From contig CBDFGR010000001.1 in assembly GCA_965247115.1 (NCBI GenBank), forward strand, positions 128,001-192,000: a DNA stretch of 64,000 nt, in the 5' to 3' direction. Source of the DNA: Myxococcota bacterium (GTDB lineage Bacteria > Myxococcota_A > UBA9160 > SZUA-336). How positions within the stretch are numbered: position 1 is the first letter of the stretch; each line of letters starts with the position of its first letter. A model generated the notes under the pieces. The model was not told the DNA's origin, searched no databases, and saw only the letters and a program-made list of their open reading frames with translations. Of this stretch, positions 23,241 to 31,337 are shown piece by piece. A program made the position numbers and the translations under genes.

Positions 23241-24241
23241 GCCGCCGCGGCCTCACCGCCGCCGACTACTGTAAAGGGGTGCTGGCGGGCGAGCGGCGCC
23301 TGGTTGCAAAGACCATCACGCTGCTGGAGAGTCGCCGCGACGATGACCGAGCGCTCGGCCAGCAGGTCCTCGACAAGCTGGTGCCGCACACCGGAGCCGC
23401 CACGCGCGTCGGCGTCACGGGTCCCCCCGGCGTCGGCAAGAGCTCGTTCATCGAGGCGCTGGGCCTGGAGCTCGTCGGTGCCGCGCACCGCGTAGCCGTC
23501 CTCGCAGTGGATCCGTCGAGCCCCGTCAGCGGCGGGAGCATACTCGGCGACAAGACCCGGATGGAGCTGCTGACTCAGCAGGAGAGTGCGTTCATCCGAC
23601 CGTCGCCCTCGGGCGGTATCCTGGGGGGCGTCGCTCACCGCACCCGCGAGGCCATGCTCGTCTGCGAGGCCGCCGGCTTCGACGTCGTGCTGGTCGAGAC
23701 GGTCGGAGTTGGACAGTCGGAGGTCGAGGTCCGCTCCATGGTCGACTTCTTCGCGGTTTTGCTCCAGCCCGGCGCCGGAGACGATCTCCAGGGGATCAAG
23801 AGGGGGGTGCTCGAGCTCGCTGACGCCCTTGTCGTGAACAAGGCGGATGGCGAGAGCATGGCTCAGGCCGAGCGTACACGTGTCGACTACGAGCACGGCC
23901 TGGCGCTGCTGCACGCGGGCGGCCCATGGCGGGCTCCTGTGCTGACGGTGAGCGCCCGACTCGGGAACGGGATATCCGAGTTCTGGGGGACCGTCGTGGC
24001 CCACCGGGAGTGCCTGTTGAAGGGCGGCGAGTTGGAGAGTCGGCGCCGCGCTCAAGCGCGGGCCTGGCTTTGGCGCCTGGTCGAGGACGGGCTGGAGTCC
24101 GCGTTCCGCTCGGATGCCCGCACTGCCAAGCGCCTGCTCGAGCTCGAGCAGGAGGTCGAGGTGCGCAGCATGACCGCCCCGCGGGCGGCCAGCCTGCTGC
24201 TCGAGGCTTTTCTGGGCCGCTCGGTGCGAAAGCCGCAATAA
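23237..24241 (+). CDS. meaB: Mutase-associated GTPase MeaB/ArgK
   Basis: [26 protein letters not shown] and NKAD motifs. Confidence 0.95.
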   Translation: MSRRGLTAADYCKGVLAGERRLVAKTITLLESRRDDDRALGQQVLDKLVPHTGAATRVGVTGPPGVGKSSFIEALGLELVGAAHRVAVLAVDPSSPVSGGSILGDKTRMELLTQQESAFIRPSPSGGILGGVAHRTREAMLVCEAAGFDVVLVETVGVGQSEVEVRSMVDFFAVLLQPGAGDDLQGIKRGVLELADALVVNKADGESMAQAERTRVDYEHGLALLHAGGPWRAPVLTVSARLGNGISEFWGTVVAHRECLLKGGELESRRRAQARAWLWRLVEDGLESAFRSDARTAKRLLELEQEVEVRSMTAPRAASLLLEAFLGRSVRKPQ

Positions 24242-24298
24242 GCGCCTCAATCAGGGCAGGTATCCCGCCGATATGCAGGGCGTAGGTATAGGCCCGAC

Positions 24299-24970
24299 AT
24301 GCCGCAGCTGAATCTAGAAACGCGCGAGATCGCGCTCAAGATCGTCTACTACGGACCGGCACGCTCCGGGAAGACGACCAACCTGCAGCAGATCCATCAT
24401 CTGCTGTCGCCCGAGTCGCGCGGCGAGATGGTCACGCTGGATACCCAGGATGACCGCACGCTCTACTTCGACTTCCTCCCCGTCGAGTTCGGTGTCGAAG
24501 GTGGCTATAAGGTGCGGCTCAAGCTCTTCACTGTCCCCGGTCAGGTGCTCCACCGTTCGACGCGACGCGTCGTCCTCGCGGGTGCCGACGCCGTCGCCTT
24601 CATCGCGGACTCCCAGCGCTCGACGGCCTCCGCCAACGCCTACTCCTACCGCGACCTCGAGACGAACCTCCGGCTGAACGGGCTGGCCATCGACGAGATT
24701 CCGCAGGTCGTGCAATTCAACAAGCGCGACCTGCAGGACATCAAGTCGCTGGAAGAAATCCGGGAGGCCTGGAAGGGCACGGGCATCCCCACCGTGCCTG
24801 CCTCGGCGACGCAGGGCGTCGGCGTGCTCGAGACGCTCGAGGCGCTGCTGGTTCGCCTGTATCGCCACCTGGACCACGGCCACTCCTTCTCCTCGAAGTT
24901 CGGTCTCGATGAGGAGCGCTTCCTCGCTGGCGTGATGCGCAACCACGTCGCGGAGGAGAAGCCAGAGTAG
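24299..24970 (+). CDS. MglA-family small GTPase, SofG-like; no adjacent mglB
   Basis: KIVYYGPARSGKTTNL, DRTLYFDFLP, LFTVPGQ and NKRD motifs, plus a C-terminal helical extension. Confidence 0.88.
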   Translation: MPQLNLETREIALKIVYYGPARSGKTTNLQQIHHLLSPESRGEMVTLDTQDDRTLYFDFLPVEFGVEGGYKVRLKLFTVPGQVLHRSTRRVVLAGADAVAFIADSQRSTASANAYSYRDLETNLRLNGLAIDEIPQVVQFNKRDLQDIKSLEEIREAWKGTGIPTVPASATQGVGVLETLEALLVRLYRHLDHGHSFSSKFGLDEERFLAGVMRNHVAEEKPE

Positions 24971-24973
24971 GTC

Positions 24974-25096
24974 TGTGGGACCCGGCGCGCGGGCGGCCCT
25001 CCCGCGGGTCAGCGACCCGCGGGCCGCTGACGGCCACCCACCTTCGCTCGCCTCCGGCTCGCTGCGCGCGCCGCTATCGCGCCGCTTGCAGGGTGC
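24974..25096 (+). repeat. Structured intergenic repeat, copy A
   Basis: tgtgggacccgg...ccacccaccttcgct...gctgcgcgcgccgc...gcttgcagggtgc; nearly identical to 50777-50905. Confidence 0.9.
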
Positions 25097-25120
25097 TCGA
25101 GAGTGACCGCCGACCCACAT

Positions 25121-25218
25121 GCACCCTGCAAGCGCCGCGATAGCGGCGCGCGCAGCGAAGGGCAAAGCCCTGAGCGGAGGTGGGTGGGCCGCGGCTGCCC
25201 GCGGCCCGGGTCCCGCAA
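25121..25218 (-). repeat. Structured intergenic repeat, copy B (inverted relative to A)
   Basis: Reverse complement reads ttgcgggacccgg...ccacccacctccgctcagggctttgcccttcgctgcgcgcgccgc...gcttgcagggtgc. Confidence 0.9.
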
Positions 25219-25226
25219 GTACAGAA

Positions 25227-25255
25227 TTGACGCGAGAATCAGCCCCTGATACGTT
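25227..25255 (+). promoter_or_regulatory. sigma70-like promoter for ribBA
   Basis: TTGACG-N17-TACGTT with a TG extension. Confidence 0.55.
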
Positions 25256-25334
25256 GCGGACGTGTATCTACTCGGCCCTCGGGTAGTGTGCGTGCCCCGG
25301 AGGTCCCCCCCTGGGCACCCCGTGGAGGACCTCT

Positions 25335-26603
25335 TTGGGCAACCCAAGCAGCGGGGAGGGGACCGTCCCCCCGACTGAGAGCCGAAGCGAAATCTTCACG
25401 CAGGTCGAGCGGGCTCTGGAAGATATCGTCGCCGGGAAGATGATCATCCTCGTCGACGACGAGGACCGGGAGAACGAAGGCGACCTGTGCATGGCCGCCG
25501 ACCTCTGCTCGGCGGAAGCCGTCAACTTCATGGCGCTACACGGCCGCGGCCTGATCTGCCTGGCACTCACCCCGGAGCGCGCGCAGGAGCTCGAGCTGTC
25601 GATGATGGTGCCAGACGCCGCAAACACCACGCCCTACGGCACGGCCTTCACGGTCTCGATCGAAGCTCGCGACGGGGTGACGACTGGTATCTCCGCCGCA
25701 GATCGGGCGCGCACCATCCAGGTTGCGATGGACCCGGCCAGCACGCCCTCCGACCTGAGCCGGCCGGGCCACGTGTTCCCGCTGATCGCGAAGCCGGGCG
25801 GCGTGCTGCGTCGCACCGGTCAGACTGAGGGTGCCGTTGACCTGGCCCGGCTGGCCGGTCTGCAGCCGGCCGGCGTGATCTGCGAGATCATGAACCAGGA
25901 CGGAACGATGGCGCGCCGGCCGGACCTCGAGATCTTCGCCCGCGAGCGCGGTCTGCGCATCCTCTCGATCGCGGAGCTGATCAAGTACCGGACGCGAACC
26001 GAGCAACTCGTTCGGCGCTCGGCGGAGGCCACGCTGCCGTCGCAGTTCGGCGATTTCCGCGCAGTCGTGTTCAAAAACGAGATCGACTTCGTCGACCACA
26101 TTGCGCTGGTGCGCGGCGAGATCAAGCGCGACGTGCCCACGCTGGTGCGCGTGCACAGCGAGTGCCTGACGGGCGATGCGTTCGGCTCCCTTCGCTGCGA
26201 CTGCGGCGAGCAGCTCCAGACCGCGCTCAAGCTGATCCAGGAAGAGGGCACCGGAGTGCTGCTCTACATGCGCCAGGAGGGGCGCGGGATCGGACTCGTG
26301 AACAAGATCAAGGCCTACGGACTGCAGGAGAACGAAGGGCTCGACACCGTTGAGGCGAACGAGCGCCTGGGCTTCCCACCGGACATGCGGGACTTCGGGG
26401 TCGGGGCGCAGATTCTCGCCAACCTCGGGGTATCTCGGATGAGGTTGCTCACGAACAACCCGTCGAAGCGAGCTGGTCTCGAGGGCTACGACCTGGAGAT
26501 CGTCGACCAGATCCCGCTCGAAGCTCGGCCCAACGAGGAGAACTTCGAGTATCTGAGGACCAAGCGGGAGAAGCTTGGGCATCTGCTGAATCTGATGAAC
26601 TGA
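25335..26603 (+). CDS. ribBA: Bifunctional DHBP synthase/GTP cyclohydrolase II
   Basis: [36 protein letters not shown] and LLTNNP motifs. Confidence 0.97.
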   Translation: MGNPSSGEGTVPPTESRSEIFTQVERALEDIVAGKMIILVDDEDRENEGDLCMAADLCSAEAVNFMALHGRGLICLALTPERAQELELSMMVPDAANTTPYGTAFTVSIEARDGVTTGISAADRARTIQVAMDPASTPSDLSRPGHVFPLIAKPGGVLRRTGQTEGAVDLARLAGLQPAGVICEIMNQDGTMARRPDLEIFARERGLRILSIAELIKYRTRTEQLVRRSAEATLPSQFGDFRAVVFKNEIDFVDHIALVRGEIKRDVPTLVRVHSECLTGDAFGSLRCDCGEQLQTALKLIQEEGTGVLLYMRQEGRGIGLVNKIKAYGLQENEGLDTVEANERLGFPPDMRDFGVGAQILANLGVSRMRLLTNNPSKRAGLEGYDLEIVDQIPLEARPNEENFEYLRTKREKLGHLLNLMN

Positions 26604-26685
26604 GCGATCGAAGCCCGCAGGTTTCTCGAGGTCTCGTACTCGCGTATGCTCGGCCAGTAGGAGAATCCACGGGCTGGAGGAAGAC

Positions 26686-27672
26686 ATGTTCGACACGGTA
26701 GAGGACGTCCAGAAACGGCTTCTGGAGCAGAAGTACATCGCCGGCAAGAACATCGGCACCGTGGTGTTCCTGGCTCTGAAGCTCAACAAGCCGGTCCTCG
26801 TCGAGGGTCCAGCAGGTGTCGGCAAAACCGATCTCGCGAAAGTCGTGGCGGGGGCCCTTGGACTCCCGATGACGCGTCTCCAGTGCTACGAGGGCCTGGA
26901 CGAGTCCAAGGCGCTCTACGAGTGGGAGTACTCCAAGCAGCTGCTCTACACGCAGATGCTGCGTGACAAGATCGGCGAGGTGATCGCCGGTACCAAAAGT
27001 CTGCGCGAGGCCTCCGAGCGGATCGGCGAGCAGGACGACGTATTCTTCAGCGAGCGCTTCATCGTCGCCCGTCCGCTGCTCGATGCGATCACGTCCAAGG
27101 AGCGCCGGCTGCTGCTGATCGACGAGGTCGACAAATCCGACCCCGAGTTCGAGGCCTTCTTGCTCGAGGTGCTCTCGGACTACACGGTGAGCATCCCCGA
27201 GATCGGTACGATCCAGGCGAACAACATCCCGGTCGTGTTCCTGACCTCGAACGACGCGCGGGAGATGACTGACGCGCTCAAGCGCCGCTGCCTGCACCTC
27301 CACATCGATTTTCCCAGCGAGGAGGAGGAGGTGCGCATCCTGGAGCTCAAGGTCCCGGGGATCGGTCAGCGCCTGGCGGAGGACATCGTCGAGCTGATCC
27401 AGCGCATCCGCGCGCTCGACCTGAAGAAGACCCCCTCCATCGCGGAGACGCTGGACTGGGCGCGGGCCCTGCTCGTGCTGAACGCGGACACCCTGGATTC
27501 CAACCTCGTGAGCGACACGCTGAACATCATCCTCAAGCACCAGGGCGACATCCATAAAGCGCAGTCCGAGCTCGATGCCCTCTTGAAGAAGAAGGCGAGC
27601 GAGGTCCAGGCGGGGCAGCCGCAGGCGGCAGCAGAGCCTGCCGCGGCAGCCAAGAAGAGCGTCCTCCACTAG
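26686..27672 (+). CDS. MoxR-family AAA+ ATPase (CoxD-like)
   Basis: EGPAGVGKT, RLQCYEGLD..KALYEW, LLIDEVDK and DALKRRC motifs. Confidence 0.92.
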   Translation: MFDTVEDVQKRLLEQKYIAGKNIGTVVFLALKLNKPVLVEGPAGVGKTDLAKVVAGALGLPMTRLQCYEGLDESKALYEWEYSKQLLYTQMLRDKIGEVIAGTKSLREASERIGEQDDVFFSERFIVARPLLDAITSKERRLLLIDEVDKSDPEFEAFLLEVLSDYTVSIPEIGTIQANNIPVVFLTSNDAREMTDALKRRCLHLHIDFPSEEEEVRILELKVPGIGQRLAEDIVELIQRIRALDLKKTPSIAETLDWARALLVLNADTLDSNLVSDTLNIILKHQGDIHKAQSELDALLKKKASEVQAGQPQAAAEPAAAAKKSVLH

Positions 27673-27682
27673 GCGAGCGTCA

Positions 27683-29092
27683 ATGGAAAAGAAGATCGTC
27701 GAGTTCACGAACATCCTGCGGAAGGCCGGCGTGCGCGTCTCGGTGGCCGAGACCCTCGACTCGTTCATGGCCATCGAGGAGATGAGCCTCAGCGACCGCG
27801 AGCTGTTCAAGGACGCCCTGCGTACCACGATGGTCAAGCGCGGTGACGATATCGACACCTACGATCGTCTCTTCGATCTGTTCTGGTCGGGCTTCCACGA
27901 CCAGCTGAAGGAGCAGCTGGCTCAAGCACTCGGCGGCATGTCGGGGGACTTTGATCTCGAGCAGATGCTCGAGCGCCTGCGTGACGTGCTCCAGAACATG
28001 GACATCGACCTTTCGGAGCTGGCGCAGGCCCTGCTCAGCATGGACGAGAACTCGCTCGAGCAGCTGGTGAACCAGGCGGGCGACGACGCGGACATCGCCA
28101 ACATCCGCAACATGCTTCAGATCGGCTTCTTCAGCCGGCGCATGCTCGAGCAAATGGGGCTCGACTCGGCCGGAGGCGAGCTCCAGAACCTGATGGAGCA
28201 GATGCGCGAAGCTGGCATGTCGGAGGAGGAGCTCGCCCAGCTCGGCGAGCTGCTGAGCGCCCTTCAAGATGCGCTCCGCCGTGCGGTGCGGCAGTACGTC
28301 GAGCGCGAGCTCGACAAGCAGAACCACGACTACATGGAGCGCTTCCACCGCGAGAGCCTGCAGGAGAAGAGCTTCTACAATCTGACGGAAGAGGATTTGC
28401 GCAACATGCGCGACGTCGTGAACCGACTCGCGCAGAAGCTCAAGAACATCGTGTCGATGCGGCGCAAGCGCCAGCGCAAGGGCAAGTTCGACCTCAAGTC
28501 GACCATGCGCAAGAACATGGGCCACGGCGGGTTGCCGTTCGAGCTGATCTTCAAGCATCGCAAGAAGGAGCGACCGAAACTAGTTATCCTGTGTGACATC
28601 TCGAGCTCCGTCGCGAACGTCTCGCGCTTCTTCCTGCAGTTCGCCTACAGCCTACAAGAGGTCTTCACGAAGATTCGCAGCTACGTCTTCGTTGCAGAGC
28701 TCGGCGAGGTCACCCAGCTGTTCCGGGACAACGACATCTTCGATGCGATCGACAAGTCGGTCGACGGGGGCGACGTCATCAACCCGTACACTCGCTCCAA
28801 CTTCGGCATGGCTTTTCACGTCTTCTGGCGAGACTTCCTGTCCTCGCTGGACCTGCGTACCACGGTGGTCGTGATCGGGGACGCCCGAAACAACTACAAC
28901 GACCCCCAGGCCTGGTGCCTGCGAGAGGTGCACAACAAGGCCAAGAACGTGGTCTGGATCAACCCGGAGGCCCCCGGAGCCTGGGGCTTCGGCGATAGCG
29001 TGATGGACAAGTATTTGCCCTACACAGACGTCGCCGAAGAGTGCCGGAACCTGAAGCAGCTGAACCGGCTCGTCGACAAGCTGGTCTTGTAG
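27683..29092 (+). CDS. VWA-domain protein (CoxE-like)
   Basis: N-terminal LRKAGVRVS, MIDAS-like DISSSV, IGDARNN, WINPE and ECRNL motifs. Confidence 0.9.
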   Translation: MEKKIVEFTNILRKAGVRVSVAETLDSFMAIEEMSLSDRELFKDALRTTMVKRGDDIDTYDRLFDLFWSGFHDQLKEQLAQALGGMSGDFDLEQMLERLRDVLQNMDIDLSELAQALLSMDENSLEQLVNQAGDDADIANIRNMLQIGFFSRRMLEQMGLDSAGGELQNLMEQMREAGMSEEELAQLGELLSALQDALRRAVRQYVERELDKQNHDYMERFHRESLQEKSFYNLTEEDLRNMRDVVNRLAQKLKNIVSMRRKRQRKGKFDLKSTMRKNMGHGGLPFELIFKHRKKERPKLVILCDISSSVANVSRFFLQFAYSLQEVFTKIRSYVFVAELGEVTQLFRDNDIFDAIDKSVDGGDVINPYTRSNFGMAFHVFWRDFLSSLDLRTTVVVIGDARNNYNDPQAWCLREVHNKAKNVVWINPEAPGAWGFGDSVMDKYLPYTDVAEECRNLKQLNRLVDKLVL

Positions 29093-29105
29093 AGGCTTCG
29101 AGCGC

Positions 29106-29221
29106 CGTCGGAGGGCGGGGAACGTCCCCCGGCGGACTCCGCTCCTTGCGTGCACAGGGGCATCGCTCGCCTCGAGCACCGCTACCACAGTCCTCCGGGG
29201 GACGTTCCCCGCCCTCCGACG
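29106..29221. repeat. 33-bp inverted repeat (1 mismatch) around a 50-bp spacer
   Basis: cgtcggagggcggggaacgtcccccggcggact (29106-29138) versus agtcctccgggggacgttccccgccctccgacg (29189-29221). Confidence 0.9.
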
Positions 29222-29251
29222 TCTTGCCGGACCCCAGTGTGCTAAGGGCCC

Positions 29252-29289
29252 AACAGAAAACCCCCCGGCACCGTAGTGCCGGGGGGTTT
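29252..29289 (-). terminator. Intrinsic terminator (minus strand, possibly bidirectional)
   Basis: Minus strand reads AAACCCCCCGGCAC-UACG-GUGCCGGGGGGUUUUCUGUU: 14-bp stem, cUACGg loop, U-tract. Confidence 0.85.
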
Positions 29290-29423
29290 GAAGGGTCGGA
29301 GAGGGCGGCGGATCACTTGTGGGGGGTGAGAGGTTGGACATTTCAAGACCGAAATGCCGACTCCGCCGCCTTCTCCGTAAGAACTCTCTGAGTGACTCCT
29401 GTGTGGGTCAGCTGCGACCCGAC
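29252..29423 (-). ncRNA. Putative small RNA (~170 nt), family not recognised
   Basis: Upstream TTGACA-N16-CATAAT, multi-stem fold, intrinsic terminator and no credible ORF inside. Confidence 0.65.
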
Positions 29424-29429
29424 GGACAC

Positions 29430-29457
29430 ATTATGCATCGGTGGCCAGAGATGTCAA
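29430..29457 (-). promoter_or_regulatory. sigma70-like promoter of the putative sRNA
   Basis: TTGACA (29457-29452), 16-nt spacer, CATAAT (29435-29430); AT-rich upstream. Confidence 0.7.
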
Positions 29458-29661
29458 TTCCTTTTCTATAGCGTCCGATGCCGTACCGAGTGTCGTCGAA
29501 TAGGCTCGAAAGTACATGAATAATTCATCTCTATCTCACTGGAAAATAAGGACAATCCGTTCCCCTTGAGCGCTCCCGGTCTTCCGCCTGGGTGCGAACT
29601 CTCGACCCCGGTACTGGCGCGGATGGCCGGTTCGAACCGCTCCGCTACCCTCGCACACGCC

Positions 29662-31050
29662 ATGTCCGGTCGTTTTCAGATCCGCACCTTCGGCTGTCAG
29701 ATGAACCAGCACGACGCCGAGAAGATGTCGAATCTCCTCCACCACGAGGGCATGCGCCCGACCAGCGACGCCGGTGAGGCGAACCTGATCCTGGTGCACA
29801 CCTGCTCGATCCGCGAGAAGGCCGAGCAGAAGCTCTACTCGGAGCTCGGAGCGTTGCTTCGCCGGAAGCGCCGGGATCCCGAGCTCATCATCGGCGTCGG
29901 GGGCTGCGTCGCCCAGCAGGAAGGTGGCACGCTGCTCCGGCGCTTCCCGGAGCTCGATTTTGTCTTCGGGCCGCAGAACCTGGTGCACCTACCGGTGCTG
30001 GTCTCGAACGCGAGGGCTCGGATTCGCGACCTGCGAGTGGACTACGACGATGAGCCCACGGCGCGCTTCGAGCTGCCCGAGCGGCACCCCGAGTACACCT
30101 CGCCCACTCTCGGGCGTGCCTTCGTCACTGTGATGGAAGGCTGCGACCTGTTCTGCACCTACTGCGTCGTGCCCAGGACCCGCGGCCGCGAGGTGAGCCG
30201 TCCGAGTCCGGCGATCCTCGGTGAGGTGGCCGGACTCGCCGAGCGGGGTGTCGTGGAGGTCACGCTGCTCGGCCAAACGGTCAACGCCTACGGTCGGCGT
30301 CGACCGGGGCGCGTCGAGGGCGAGCTCCCCTTCGGCGAGCTCATCCGGCGCGTCGGGTCGACGCGGGGCATCGAGCGCGTTCGTTTCACCAGTCCCCACC
30401 CGAGCTTCGTCACCCAGGATCTGCTCCGGGCCTATGCGGACGTTCCTGAGCTCTGTCCGCATATTCACCTGCCGGTCCAGAGTGGCTCGACGCAAGTGCT
30501 GAAGCAGATGAACCGGCGCTACGACAGGGACGGGTACCTGCGCGTCGTGTCCGAGCTGCGCAGGGCGCGTCCGGAGCTGGCGATTACGACCGATTTGATC
30601 GTCGGCTTTCCTGGCGAGACACGGGCCGACTTCGCCGAGACCATGAGCCTGATGCGAGAGGTCGGCTTCGTCGACAGCTTCTCTTTCAAGTACTCGGCTC
30701 GCCCGGGAACGCCGGCCGCGCGCCGCGGCCTCGTCGGTGTGGACCCCGCCGAGTCGCAGGCGCGCCTGGAGGAGCTCCACGCGCTCCAGCGGGAACTCAC
30801 GCTCCACGCGCATCAGAAGCGGGTCGGCGAGGTCATCCCCGTCCTCGTCGAAGGAGCAAGCCGCCGGGGCGGCCCCCAGCTTCGCGGCCGCGGCCCCTAC
30901 AACCGCGTTGTGAACTTCACGGGCCCCCCACACATCCGCCCGGGCACCATCCAAGACGTCCACATCACCGCCGCCTCCCCCCACTCCCTCCTGGGCCACC
31001 ACGCCGACCCGACCACCCCCCAAGAACTCCCCCTCCTCGCCCCCCACTAG
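29662..31050 (+). CDS. miaB: tRNA-i6A37 methylthiotransferase
   Basis: TFGCQMN, TCSIREKAE, GCVAQ, CDLFCTYC radical SAM motif, FSFKYS and TRAM domain. Confidence 0.96.
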   Translation: MSGRFQIRTFGCQMNQHDAEKMSNLLHHEGMRPTSDAGEANLILVHTCSIREKAEQKLYSELGALLRRKRRDPELIIGVGGCVAQQEGGTLLRRFPELDFVFGPQNLVHLPVLVSNARARIRDLRVDYDDEPTARFELPERHPEYTSPTLGRAFVTVMEGCDLFCTYCVVPRTRGREVSRPSPAILGEVAGLAERGVVEVTLLGQTVNAYGRRRPGRVEGELPFGELIRRVGSTRGIERVRFTSPHPSFVTQDLLRAYADVPELCPHIHLPVQSGSTQVLKQMNRRYDRDGYLRVVSELRRARPELAITTDLIVGFPGETRADFAETMSLMREVGFVDSFSFKYSARPGTPAARRGLVGVDPAESQARLEELHALQRELTLHAHQKRVGEVIPVLVEGASRRGGPQLRGRGPYNRVVNFTGPPHIRPGTIQDVHITAASPHSLLGHHADPTTPQELPLLAPH

Positions 31051-31104
31051 CCCCCCACACCCCCCGCCCGAGCAGATACCCCGCCTCCCTCCCCCCCGGG
31101 TGCA

Positions 31105-31208
31105 GGCACCCTGCAAGCGTCGCGGAACGCGGCGCGCGCAGCGAAGGGCCTGGCCCTGAGCGAAGGTGGGTGGCGCGCGACCGCTCGCGCGCCGGGTCCC
31201 ACAAGACC
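31105..31208 (-). repeat. Structured intergenic repeat, copy C
   Basis: Reverse complement reads ggtcttgtgggacccggcgcgcgagcggtcgcgcgccacccaccttcgctcagggccaggcccttcgctgcgcgcgcc...gcttgcagggtgcc. Confidence 0.9.
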
Positions 31209-31337
31209 CGCAGCAGGAATTCCCCTCAGCGACCGAAGAGTAGGGGGAACCCGTTGCGGCCCAGAGAGAGGTTGCACTCGGCGGGTTGCCGGGAGGCGGA
31301 TGGTTGGGGCGGCACCCCACTGTCCCGAGGAGGGTAC

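Noticed and set aside
25009..25347. Short ORFs over the intergenic repeats (also the extensions at 31170-31337, 42530-42784 and 50757-50960)
   Set aside because: They are translations of the repeat element and recur with similar peptides at each copy.
28652..29341. 229-aa minus-strand ORF starting inside the sRNA candidate
   Set aside because: It crosses a strong terminator, runs antisense to the VWA gene and has low-complexity composition.
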